DNA of 52,388 nucleotides, taken from an uncultured Candidatus Sumerlaeota bacterium (GTDB taxonomy: Bacteria; CAYMEV01). The notes under the pieces are model-generated. The model was not told the DNA's origin and searched no databases. It saw only the letters and a program-made list of their open reading frames with translations. Where the stretch lies: the NCBI GenBank assembly GCA_964389675.1, contig CAYMEV010000025.1:1-52388 (forward strand), in the 5' to 3' direction. The number at the start of each line of letters is the position of its first letter. The stretch's first letter is position 1. A program made the position numbers and the translations under genes. Below are positions 9,911-18,652 of this stretch, one piece after another.

Positions 9911-10570
9911 ATGAAAAAGAAAATAGCAGTTGTACTGGCAGGCTGCGGGGTGAAAGACGGCAGTGAAATACACGAGGCTGTATTATCCCTTCTGTGCCTC
10001 GACAGGCAGGATGCTGAATACAAATGTATCGCTCCTGATGTTTCTCAGGCAGATGTAATAAACCACCGGACAGGGCAGAAAACATCTGAAAAAAGAAGTG
10101 TAATTGAAGAAAGCGCAAGAATTTCAAGGGGGGATATTCAGGACATCAGAGATGTAGACCCTGCGGATTTTGACGCAGTAATAGTTCCTGGCGGATTTGG
10201 AGCTGCAAAAAACCTGTCAAGTTTCGCTGTTCATGGTAAGGATTGCTCTGTTCAGAAAGACTTCGAAGATTTTATACTAAAGGCCCATAGACTGGGAAAG
10301 CCGATTGGAGCAATATGTATTGCCCCTGCAGTAATTGCAAGGATATTTGCAAACCGGGCATCCCTGATACTGACCATAGGAAAAGACCCGGGTACTGCCT
10401 CTGTAATAAGGTCAATGGGGCATACACACATTGAGAAAGAAGTCGATGAGATTGCCTATGATGAAAAGAACAGAATAGTAACAACTCCTGCTTATATGCT
10501 TGCAAAATCCATAAAAGAAGTCGAATCCGGGATCTGCAGGCTCGTAAAAAAGATAATTGAAATAGCCTGA
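9911..10570 (+). CDS. elbB: ElbB/ES1 glyoxalase (DJ-1/PfpI superfamily)
   Basis: VLAGCGVKDGSEIHE, ESARISRG, PGGFGAAKNL, ICIAP and TTPAYM. Confidence 0.95.
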   Translation: MKKKIAVVLAGCGVKDGSEIHEAVLSLLCLDRQDAEYKCIAPDVSQADVINHRTGQKTSEKRSVIEESARISRGDIQDIRDVDPADFDAVIVPGGFGAAKNLSSFAVHGKDCSVQKDFEDFILKAHRLGKPIGAICIAPAVIARIFANRASLILTIGKDPGTASVIRSMGHTHIEKEVDEIAYDEKNRIVTTPAYMLAKSIKEVESGICRLVKKIIEIA

Positions 10571-10577
10571 AAATACA

Positions 10578-11153
10578 ATGCTGGATAAGAGAAAAAAGCT
10601 GATCAGAATATTTAACGATCTTCTTGATACAATTGAAGAAAAGCCAAGAAGGGATGGCCTGTTAAAAACTCCTGAAAGAATTGCAGATTTCTATATAAAT
10701 ATTCTTGAAAACCGGAATATGGATATAGACGCTTTACTGGAAAAATCCATCTTTCAGGAAAATTACGATGAGATGATAGTCCTTAAGGACATTGAATACT
10801 ACAGCCTTTGTGAACACCACCTCCTGCCCTTCTTCGGCAAGGCCCACATTGCATATATACCTGATAAAAACCTTATAGGAATATCAAGCATTGCAAGGGT
10901 ACTTGAATACTACAGCAATATGCTTCAGGTACAGGAGAGGCTGACCAATCAGGTTGCGGACAGGCTGCAGAAATCGCTCAAACCACTTGGAATAGCAGTA
11001 ATACTTGAGGGTTACCACCTTTGCATGATGATGAGGGGAGTCAAGAAGGAAAATGCCCACCTTATCACCTCAGCAATGTATGGTTCCTTCAGGAAAAGCA
11101 CAAGCACGAGAATGGAATTTCTGGAGTTTTATAACAGGATAACAAAGAAATAA
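10578..11153 (+). CDS. folE: GTP cyclohydrolase I
   Basis: GLLKTPER, SLCEHHLLPFFG, LQVQERLT and HLCMMMRGV. Confidence 0.92.
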   Translation: MLDKRKKLIRIFNDLLDTIEEKPRRDGLLKTPERIADFYINILENRNMDIDALLEKSIFQENYDEMIVLKDIEYYSLCEHHLLPFFGKAHIAYIPDKNLIGISSIARVLEYYSNMLQVQERLTNQVADRLQKSLKPLGIAVILEGYHLCMMMRGVKKENAHLITSAMYGSFRKSTSTRMEFLEFYNRITKK

Positions 11154-11199
11154 TTGATTTGACATCAATTGCTGTTTTGTTTATATATGCAGTGAAACC

Positions 11200-12924
11200 A
11201 TGCAAAAAAACTACAATAAAGAAGATTTTTTAATACACAGTATATTAAAGCACTTAATAAAAAATATCATTCTTTATTCAAATGGATCGCCTGCTGTCTA
11301 TAATGAGTACAGAATGTCAACAGCCCCCAAAAAGCCAGATTTAGAAAGCAATATTCCCTTTTTTTTCACAGAAACAAAAAAATACCTGTTAAATGAACCG
11401 AGGCTATATTTCTTAAAGGAAATGCTCTTATCCCTTCTTGTCACTGGTGATTTCTACCATAATGGAAGAATTGTCCGCATAACAGGATTCGCCATCAGGA
11501 ACAAAAAAACATTTCTTCAAAGCTACAAAACAAAGCCCGGGAGCATTATCCAGCTTTTCAGGATCCCATGCAGGATACACTGTGAATACTGTTATCAGGA
11601 TGGCGTACCGGGAGATTTTCCATTTAATGTAAAAAAGATCGATTCGGGAGAAATATTGGACCGCATAGAGCATTACTCCACAGAGGCCGAACTATTTCCC
11701 AGGGTCATTTATAATGTGGATGAAACACTTTCCCATCCCTTATTTTTTGAAGGCATGTCAAAGCTCAGGGTAAAAACTCCTGATATCTTTTACATATATA
11801 CAAACGGGGAGGCTCTGACTGCTGAAAATATTATCAAACTGAAGGAACTGAGTCCCGTTCTGGTCAACCTTTCCATGTCTTCAGCAAATATTGAAACACG
11901 AAAAAGGGTTACAAGGGACAGGAATCCTGAAATCGCCATTAACAGCGTAAAAGAGCTTAATAAGCATCAGATCCCCTTTGAAATAACACTGGTTGCATGG
12001 CCAACTATAAGCCTTGAGGATATTGAAGATTCTATACGCTATGTTGATAAGTATTCTCCAATGTACATCAAGGTCATTCTCCCGGGGTATTCGCGCTTCT
12101 ACAAAAGGCCCTTCAGCGAAAACAGCCGGGAATACAATCTGAAAGTGATAAGGTTCCTTAGAGGCATCAGGAATAAATACGGTACTGATATCATATTTGA
12201 CCTTAATAAACTTGAAGAAATTGACCTTGAACTTGACCCTCTTGTTCCGAGGATCAGCTATATAACACCCAATTCCCCCGCCTTTAAGGCCGGGCTCCGC
12301 AAGGGGGATGTAATCTACAGCATTATGGGAAAAAGGGTTTTTTTCAGGCTGGAAACGATGAGCTATATAAATGCACTTCATAATCTGATTGGAAAAACAG
12401 ATTTAGAGATGGAAATCTTAAAAAAATCAGGAGAAAAGAATGCTGCAATACTGAAAAAGGGATCCTTTTTTGATGATTATCCCTATTTCACATGGCAGAC
12501 AGACCTTGGAATACACATTGACGATGGGATAGAACCCGGTGCCATAACCCAGATGAATGCCATTATAAAGAAGCATAATGCCAGAAATGTTGTTTTCCTG
12601 ACATCAAATCTTATGCAGTATTCCCTTTCCCATATGCTTAAGAAGTGGATAAACATCAGAAAGGATGTTAATTTTAGAACAAGCATACCAAAAAATAATT
12701 TCTGGGGAGGCAATATTTTCATTGGTGACCTTCTTACAGTTGATGATTTTATTATTGAAATACAAGAAATCATAGAGAAATTCCCTGAAACAGACCTGGT
12801 GATACTGCCGTCTTCACCCTTCTCAAGCTGGAAAAGGGACCTGAAGGGAGACCTGTTCTACAGAATAAGGCGCGAATTTGATGTAAATATCGAAATGCTT
12901 CACTATCCTCGCCTGTACAGCTGA
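11200..12924 (+). CDS. Radical SAM protein with PDZ and DUF512-like C-terminal domain
   Basis: CRIHCEYC; TNG; PDZ-like SPAFKAGLRKGDVI; C-terminal NNFWGGNIFIGDLLTVDDF...VILPSSPF..RDLKG. Confidence 0.8.
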   Translation: MQKNYNKEDFLIHSILKHLIKNIILYSNGSPAVYNEYRMSTAPKKPDLESNIPFFFTETKKYLLNEPRLYFLKEMLLSLLVTGDFYHNGRIVRITGFAIRNKKTFLQSYKTKPGSIIQLFRIPCRIHCEYCYQDGVPGDFPFNVKKIDSGEILDRIEHYSTEAELFPRVIYNVDETLSHPLFFEGMSKLRVKTPDIFYIYTNGEALTAENIIKLKELSPVLVNLSMSSANIETRKRVTRDRNPEIAINSVKELNKHQIPFEITLVAWPTISLEDIEDSIRYVDKYSPMYIKVILPGYSRFYKRPFSENSREYNLKVIRFLRGIRNKYGTDIIFDLNKLEEIDLELDPLVPRISYITPNSPAFKAGLRKGDVIYSIMGKRVFFRLETMSYINALHNLIGKTDLEMEILKKSGEKNAAILKKGSFFDDYPYFTWQTDLGIHIDDGIEPGAITQMNAIIKKHNARNVVFLTSNLMQYSLSHMLKKWINIRKDVNFRTSIPKNNFWGGNIFIGDLLTVDDFIIEIQEIIEKFPETDLVILPSSPFSSWKRDLKGDLFYRIRREFDVNIEMLHYPRLYS

Positions 12925-13049
12925 ACAAAAATAATGATTAACATATTTTGGCGTAATACCGGGAATCATGACATTTATACATTTTTTAGAAAAGAGTAAA
13001 ATGCAAATAAACAGATGTAAAACTGCCCAATATTCTGGATAATTTTATC

Positions 13050-14378
13050 ATGAGCAGATTCTATAACAGAGCAAAAATTATATACTACCACAGAATAAAG
13101 CCTGTCTTAAGGTCATTCTACAACCTGGTAATGCATGGATGGCTATTAAGGATAATCAGCAGCTCCGAAATCAACTACAGAGGAAATATTGAGATCAATA
13201 TAAAGATCATAAATATCTTCCCCTTTCATAGAGATATTAATGTTGCAGTCGTTCTTTCTCCCCTCATTGAGTATATTAAAGACCAGAAGCTTTTCGGCAA
13301 CTGGAGGGTAACCTTAAAGAACGTGAAGCCCTGTTCAAGCGGATATTATTCTTTTATAATAAAATTCCCCGATATGTTTTTTGAGAACAGGCGGATTCAA
13401 AACCGAATTGAGGTAAATGAGCTTATAAACGGTAAATACATTGGTTTTATATATTTAATTCCAGTAACACAGGGAGATGAAAGAATTGTAGCAGACAGGA
13501 TGTTCAAGCTTTTTAATTTTAATAGCTGGCTTAAGAAGAGAGAAAGACTGTCGCTTGATAAAGATAATAAAACTTCCTATTATTTTCTTTATTCAAAACC
13601 CTTTTCAAAGAATGCGGATAATTACAGTTCTATGTGGCAGATAGACAATCCATTTGCTCATCTCGAATTTTTCTGCCAGTACGCCTTTAATTTTATAGTG
13701 ATGATATCCAGAATGAGAATGCTTCCGGGTTCAACTGTACTTGATATAGGCTCCGGGTCAGGCTATACGACCGAATGGCTTTCAAGACTTGGATACAATG
13801 CATTAGGCTATGACATATCACTTGAAACACTGGCTATTGGAAACAGAAGGCTGGAAAATGCAATCAGTTCTTCACTTTGTGGGGGGGGGGATAAATCAGA
13901 TATTGATACTGTGAGGCCGGATTTCTTAAACCTTTGCGGCGACAGCGAGATATTGCCCTTTAAAGACGGTTCAATAGACTATCTATTATCCATTGAGACC
14001 CTCCATCATGTTCCAAATTATCTTAAGACCATCAAAGAAGCAGCAAGGGTACTGAAAAGCAAAGGCAAAATGCTCATATTGGAACCCGGCCATAATCATT
14101 CAGAAAAAATGGATGCCCTGATCACAATGAAACAACACGGCATCCTGGAAAATTCCCTCGATAAAAATAAAATTATTAAGGAAGCAAAAACATATGGTCT
14201 TAATGTAAAGGATTATATGATTCCTGTTAATACATATGATATAACAAAAAATGATAATCTGTTCTACAAATCCTATCTGTTCCGCTTTTATGGAAATTTA
14301 AAGGATATGTTTGAGAAGATGCTTAATACAAATTCCTATATGAAAGAGGTAATCTTTTTAATCCTGGAAAAAGACTGA
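13050..14378 (+). CDS. Class I SAM-dependent methyltransferase with N-terminal extension
   Basis: VLDIGSGSG, GYDIS, GDSEILPFKDGSID, LHHV and RVLKSKG. Confidence 0.85.
   Translation: MSRFYNRAKIIYYHRIKPVLRSFYNLVMHGWLLRIISSSEINYRGNIEINIKIINIFPFHRDINVAVVLSPLIEYIKDQKLFGNWRVTLKNVKPCSSGYYSFIIKFPDMFFENRRIQNRIEVNELINGKYIGFIYLIPVTQGDERIVADRMFKLFNFNSWLKKRERLSLDKDNKTSYYFLYSKPFSKNADNYSSMWQIDNPFAHLEFFCQYAFNFIVMISRMRMLPGSTVLDIGSGSGYTTEWLSRLGYNALGYDISLETLAIGNRRLENAISSSLCGGGDKSDIDTVRPDFLNLCGDSEILPFKDGSIDYLLSIETLHHVPNYLKTIKEAARVLKSKGKMLILEPGHNHSEKMDALITMKQHGILENSLDKNKIIKEAKTYGLNVKDYMIPVNTYDITKNDNLFYKSYLFRFYGNLKDMFEKMLNTNSYMKEVIFLILEKD
13881..13890 (+). repeat. G10 homopolymer inside the methyltransferase CDS
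   Basis: tgt GGGGGGGGGG ata; the longest G/C run I saw in the window. Confidence 0.9.
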
Positions 14379-14575
14379 TAAAATTGAAATTTTTTGCTCT
14401 TATAATCATGTTATTTTTTATAGGATAAAATAATTTTTTCCCCCTGATATCGTTCTGCACAGAGTGGTCCTGACAAATGTTCAAATAAGAAAGATACATA
14501 TAGATGCAAAAATCCAATGGATTGATTTCTTACGGGAAAATACCCGTAGGGTTTTTGCAATGATCTTGCGCTGAT

Positions 14576-14788
14576 CTATTTATCTTTGCTGAAAAGCTCT
14601 ATATGTCTGGAATTATTATGAAATGAAAAACCGTCAATATCTATGATTTTGCCCCTGAATGTAAAATTGCCTATTTCAAGCAGGCTCCTTATGGTCCTTT
14701 CTACAAGCTCTTCAACAGGGTTCTCATTCAGATCTTCAAACTTTTCATCTGAATCGATCCTGAATCTGTAAATATATTCTGAATCCAT
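14576..14788 (-). CDS. Small hypothetical protein, last gene of the cyanophycin operon
   Basis: ATG lies 2 nt after the cphA stop, with SD AGAGGT; 70 aa, acidic. Confidence 0.65.
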   Translation of the reverse strand: MDSEYIYRFRIDSDEKFEDLNENPVEELVERTIRSLLEIGNFTFRGKIIDIDGFSFHNNSRHIELFSKDK

Positions 14789-14790
14789 GA

Positions 14791-17466
14791 CTATACCTCT
14801 TCTCTGTCATTCAGTTTTAATCTTGATTTCAGATAGGTAAAGGTTATATCAGGCCTGCCTGTAATAATTACTATTATTGATTTTTCGGTGGCAAGGCTGA
14901 GTGCTTTATCCCAGGCCTGCTCCGGAATTTGTGTTGTGTATATTTTATCGGGTGAAAATCCGGATTCCAGGGCTCCCTTAGTCAGCAATCCTGTCAATGA
15001 CCCCTTTTCCCTTCCCCTTGTGTCATAACCTTCATAGAAAACCAGCTCATCAAATATTTCTCCTGAGATCTTTCCAATCGAGACGGCATCCTTGTCAGGC
15101 CTGTCGCCGGGGAGGTCAATCGCCCCAATTTTATAACCTGAAAAACCCGAAAGGAATTCTTTCATGCAGTTAAAGCCGGGGATATTATGTGCATAATCTA
15201 TTATTATTGTATTTTCGCCTTTTGTGATCAGATTCATCCTTCCTGGCAGATTATTGAAATCAGGCTTGAATGCCTTAAGGCATCTTATAATGTCTTCAAG
15301 CTTAATTCCCCATAAATACAGGGAAAGAACGCAGGACAGTATGCTTTCATATGCAAAACTGGCTTTATTGCCATAGGTAAGGGGGATTTCTGAAAGCTTA
15401 ATAACCGGTATCTCTTTGCCGTTATTGAATATAACTATGCTCTGGTTCTCTATAAATGCAGTACAGTTACCCTTTTTTTGGGCATTTATGATATTATCTG
15501 TCCTTCCGTGTGTTGAAAAAAAGGCAATATTACTGTACAATCCCTTCTGCATGTCCATAACAAGATCATAATCGGCACTCAGTACTGCATAACCGCTGTC
15601 ATATACCTGCTCTGCAACCACTGATTTTGCATAGGCAAGGTCTTCTATATATTTGATATCGTCTGTACCAATATGATCATCATAAATATTGAGCACTATG
15701 CCTATATCAGCATAGCTATAACCCAGCCCTCTTCTGAGTATGCCTTCCTTGCTTGTCTCAAGGACTGCAACATCAATACCAGGATCCTTAAGGACGAGGC
15801 TCACATGTTCAGGGTATGTCATATCCCCTGCCATAAGGCGCTTTTCCGAGACATACAGCCCTTCTGTACTAGTGAGACCTACATTATTGCCAAGCATTGA
15901 CAGGCAGTGGGCAATCAGATGGGCAGCTACGGTTTTGCCCGCAGTGCCTGTAATTGAGAATATAGGTATCCTGCACTTTGTCTTATCAGGGAAAAGCATA
16001 TCTATCAGATTTTTTGGCACATCCCTTTTTCTGCCAATTGTCGGGTTAATATGCATCCTGAAGTCCGGAGCAGCATTTATTTCTATTATTTTTCCATTTG
16101 TATCCAGAATAGAATCCTTCAGATTCGGAGCAATAACATCTATTCCAGCAATGTTCAGGCCAATTGCCCTTGCCGCCCTCTCAACAATGAACCGGTTGAA
16201 GGCATTCACCTCGTCAGTAACGTCAATAGCAGAACTTCCAAGCCTCATGCTTCCTGATGTTTTCAAAACGAGCATTTCATTAAGTGGCAGTACAGAATCC
16301 TTGTCAAGCCCCTTTGAATCAAGGATATGGGTTGTAATATCATCAATTTGAATCTGTGAAAGCTTGCATTTATCCCCTATACCCCTGTTCTGGCTTATGT
16401 TCAGTTCCCCTATAAGCTCTGATACAGTTTTTCCCCCGTCACCGACTATCTGCGGCGGTACAAGTTTCGATGCAGCACAGAATTTATAATCAATTACCAG
16501 AAGCCTGTAGATATTACCGTCTATGGTTGGCTGGACAATTACCCTGTCATCTGTTTCCTTTGCCCAGATAAAGGCCTTTTTAATTTCAGGCTCTGAGGCA
16601 AGATTGCTCGATACGCCCTCTCCCCTGTATCCTTCAAGGGGTTTTATGGTAACAGGTGCATTAAGGTCTGTCTGAAATTTCAATATATCCTCTATTTCTG
16701 ATGTTATAACAGAGTCAGGGACAGGCAGGCCTGCATCCTTTAATATCAGGTTTGTAAGATATTTATTGTCAGCTGTTTCAACACCAATAAAACTAGTGTC
16801 AGAGGTAATGGTAGCCCTTATTCTTTTTTGATATTTGCCTGTGCCAAGCTGTACAAGATTAAATTTATCAAGGCGTATATGGGGTATTCTCCTTGATTCC
16901 GCTTCATCAACAATTGCCTGGGTACTTGGCCCCAGCAGTTTTTCTTCCCTGATATTTACAAGTGTCTTTATTACATTTTCAACATCGAGATCCTTTTCCT
17001 GCAGTATTGAATTGACAAGGTTCAAGGCTGAAATTCCAGCATAAAGGCCTGCATCCTCGTCAAAAAACCTGAATATTACATTATATACACCTTTGGACAG
17101 GCTTTCACGAGTCTTGCCGTAGGCAACATCCATGCCGGCAAGAGTCTGCAGTTCAATTGCAATATGTTCTGTTACATGCCCTAAAAGAGTCCCTTCCTTA
17201 ACCCTTGTCAGGAACCCGCCCTTCTCCCCTACAGAACAGTGATGCTCGTATAAAGAGGGCAAGGCTTTTTTAAGCCTCTCATAAAATCCCGGAATATCGT
17301 TTGTAAATATCTCATCATACTGCCCGAGATCAATTTTCAGCAGGACGATAGGGCCCCCGCTGTAGTAGTTGGCCCCGTACATCACCGAGTGGCTTATCAG
17401 CTTTACAGGGCCCTGTATTACCTCCATGTTCTCATAGTTCTGCATATAATATTTATGCTTATTCAA
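14791..17466 (-). CDS. cphA: Cyanophycin synthetase CphA1
   Basis: N domain EHHCS...GHVTEH; LGPSTQAIVDEA; ATP-grasp KP..G..G.GV and EINAAPDFRMH; Mur-like domain ITGTAGKT, PGRMN, IDYAHN and PGDR. Confidence 0.95.
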   Translation of the reverse strand: MNKHKYYMQNYENMEVIQGPVKLISHSVMYGANYYSGGPIVLLKIDLGQYDEIFTNDIPGFYERLKKALPSLYEHHCSVGEKGGFLTRVKEGTLLGHVTEHIAIELQTLAGMDVAYGKTRESLSKGVYNVIFRFFDEDAGLYAGISALNLVNSILQEKDLDVENVIKTLVNIREEKLLGPSTQAIVDEAESRRIPHIRLDKFNLVQLGTGKYQKRIRATITSDTSFIGVETADNKYLTNLILKDAGLPVPDSVITSEIEDILKFQTDLNAPVTIKPLEGYRGEGVSSNLASEPEIKKAFIWAKETDDRVIVQPTIDGNIYRLLVIDYKFCAASKLVPPQIVGDGGKTVSELIGELNISQNRGIGDKCKLSQIQIDDITTHILDSKGLDKDSVLPLNEMLVLKTSGSMRLGSSAIDVTDEVNAFNRFIVERAARAIGLNIAGIDVIAPNLKDSILDTNGKIIEINAAPDFRMHINPTIGRKRDVPKNLIDMLFPDKTKCRIPIFSITGTAGKTVAAHLIAHCLSMLGNNVGLTSTEGLYVSEKRLMAGDMTYPEHVSLVLKDPGIDVAVLETSKEGILRRGLGYSYADIGIVLNIYDDHIGTDDIKYIEDLAYAKSVVAEQVYDSGYAVLSADYDLVMDMQKGLYSNIAFFSTHGRTDNIINAQKKGNCTAFIENQSIVIFNNGKEIPVIKLSEIPLTYGNKASFAYESILSCVLSLYLWGIKLEDIIRCLKAFKPDFNNLPGRMNLITKGENTIIIDYAHNIPGFNCMKEFLSGFSGYKIGAIDLPGDRPDKDAVSIGKISGEIFDELVFYEGYDTRGREKGSLTGLLTKGALESGFSPDKIYTTQIPEQAWDKALSLATEKSIIVIITGRPDITFTYLKSRLKLNDREEV

Positions 17467-18616
17467 AGGTCCCCTTTCTGATAATTTTTGCGTCTTTTAT
17501 CATAATATTGCCATTGGCTGTCATGTGGTAGATCCTGTTTTCTGAGTCAAGCAGCGCCAGGTCTGCATCCATCCCGACAGCAATTCTGCCCTTGCTTTCA
17601 AGGCCGAGTATCGCTGCAGGATTCGCAGTAGCAACGCAAAGCGCTTTTGAAAGGTCCAGGCCCTCCTCTTTTGACGCATCAATGATTTCATCCAGTATTG
17701 ATTTGGGATCTCCTGTTACAAGCTTCTCAAGTTTGCCATGCTCATCGAACGATGGCAGGCTTCCGCCTCCATCAGAAGACATTGTTATGTTTTCAAGAGG
17801 TACACCAGCTTTTGTCAGCTCAGCAATTGCCCTGGAAGGTTTTGTCTCATATTCCGGGAAAAACGGATATGAACTTGCTGTTATATCAATATAGCCCTTT
17901 TTGCCATATTCCTTGGCATCCTCAAAAATATAGTCATTTCTGTTGATATGGGTAGGCAGAAACTGTGTCAGTTTCAGTTCACTCTTCTCTACTGCTTCAT
18001 AGAGTATGCCGAACGGGTTTTGTGCATCCCCCATATGAAAGTTTACAATCCCCGGTTTTCCGCCCAGCATTCCGCCTACTCTGGCATGACCTGCAAGCTT
18101 AATTATCTCGGATACTGTCGGGCCAGATGACCTGTGATCTGAAATTGCTATCTCTCCAACCCCGATAACCTCCTCAATAAGGGCTATATCCCTTGCAACG
18201 TCCCCTAACAGTGTAGGGGTAGGCACCTGGTAAGCCCCTGTATAAATCCAGCATGAGATTCCTTCTTTTCTCAATGCCTTGGCCTTCATCAGAACGCTTT
18301 CAATTGACCTTGTGATTCCGTCTGTTCCAAGACATCCTATTACGGTTGTAATTCCCCCCTTCAGCATCTCAGAAAGCTTCATTTCAGGTGTTCTGGTGGC
18401 AGGGCCACCTTCTCCGCCTGCTCCCGCAATGTGGGCATGACAGTCAATAATCCCTGGTATCATTCTCAGTCCTTCACATGAAATCATATCAACATCCAGT
18501 TTTGCAGGTTTTGTAATCTTTTCATCTATGGCAATTATTTTGCCTCCTGCTATCAGGACATCCTTTTTCCCTAAATATTCGGGAGCAAAAACCTCACATT
18601 CCTTAAAAATAATCAT
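17459..18616 (-). CDS. iadA: Isoaspartyl dipeptidase (beta-aspartyl peptidase)
   Basis: DCHAHIAGAGGEGG..TRTPE, GCLGTDG, GEIAISDHRS, HMGD, PTHINRN and SSDGGGS. Confidence 0.95.
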   Translation of the reverse strand: MIIFKECEVFAPEYLGKKDVLIAGGKIIAIDEKITKPAKLDVDMISCEGLRMIPGIIDCHAHIAGAGGEGGPATRTPEMKLSEMLKGGITTVIGCLGTDGITRSIESVLMKAKALRKEGISCWIYTGAYQVPTPTLLGDVARDIALIEEVIGVGEIAISDHRSSGPTVSEIIKLAGHARVGGMLGGKPGIVNFHMGDAQNPFGILYEAVEKSELKLTQFLPTHINRNDYIFEDAKEYGKKGYIDITASSYPFFPEYETKPSRAIAELTKAGVPLENITMSSDGGGSLPSFDEHGKLEKLVTGDPKSILDEIIDASKEEGLDLSKALCVATANPAAILGLESKGRIAVGMDADLALLDSENRIYHMTANGNIMIKDAKIIRKGTFE

Positions 18617-18652
18617 TCAGATACTCCTTCTTTCCTTTTTGTGCAGGGTATA

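Noticed and set aside
15740-16351. Long antisense ORFs (also 24031-24693, 11881-12381 and 49273-51105)
   Set aside because: They are shadow frames opposite well-supported genes and carry no motifs.
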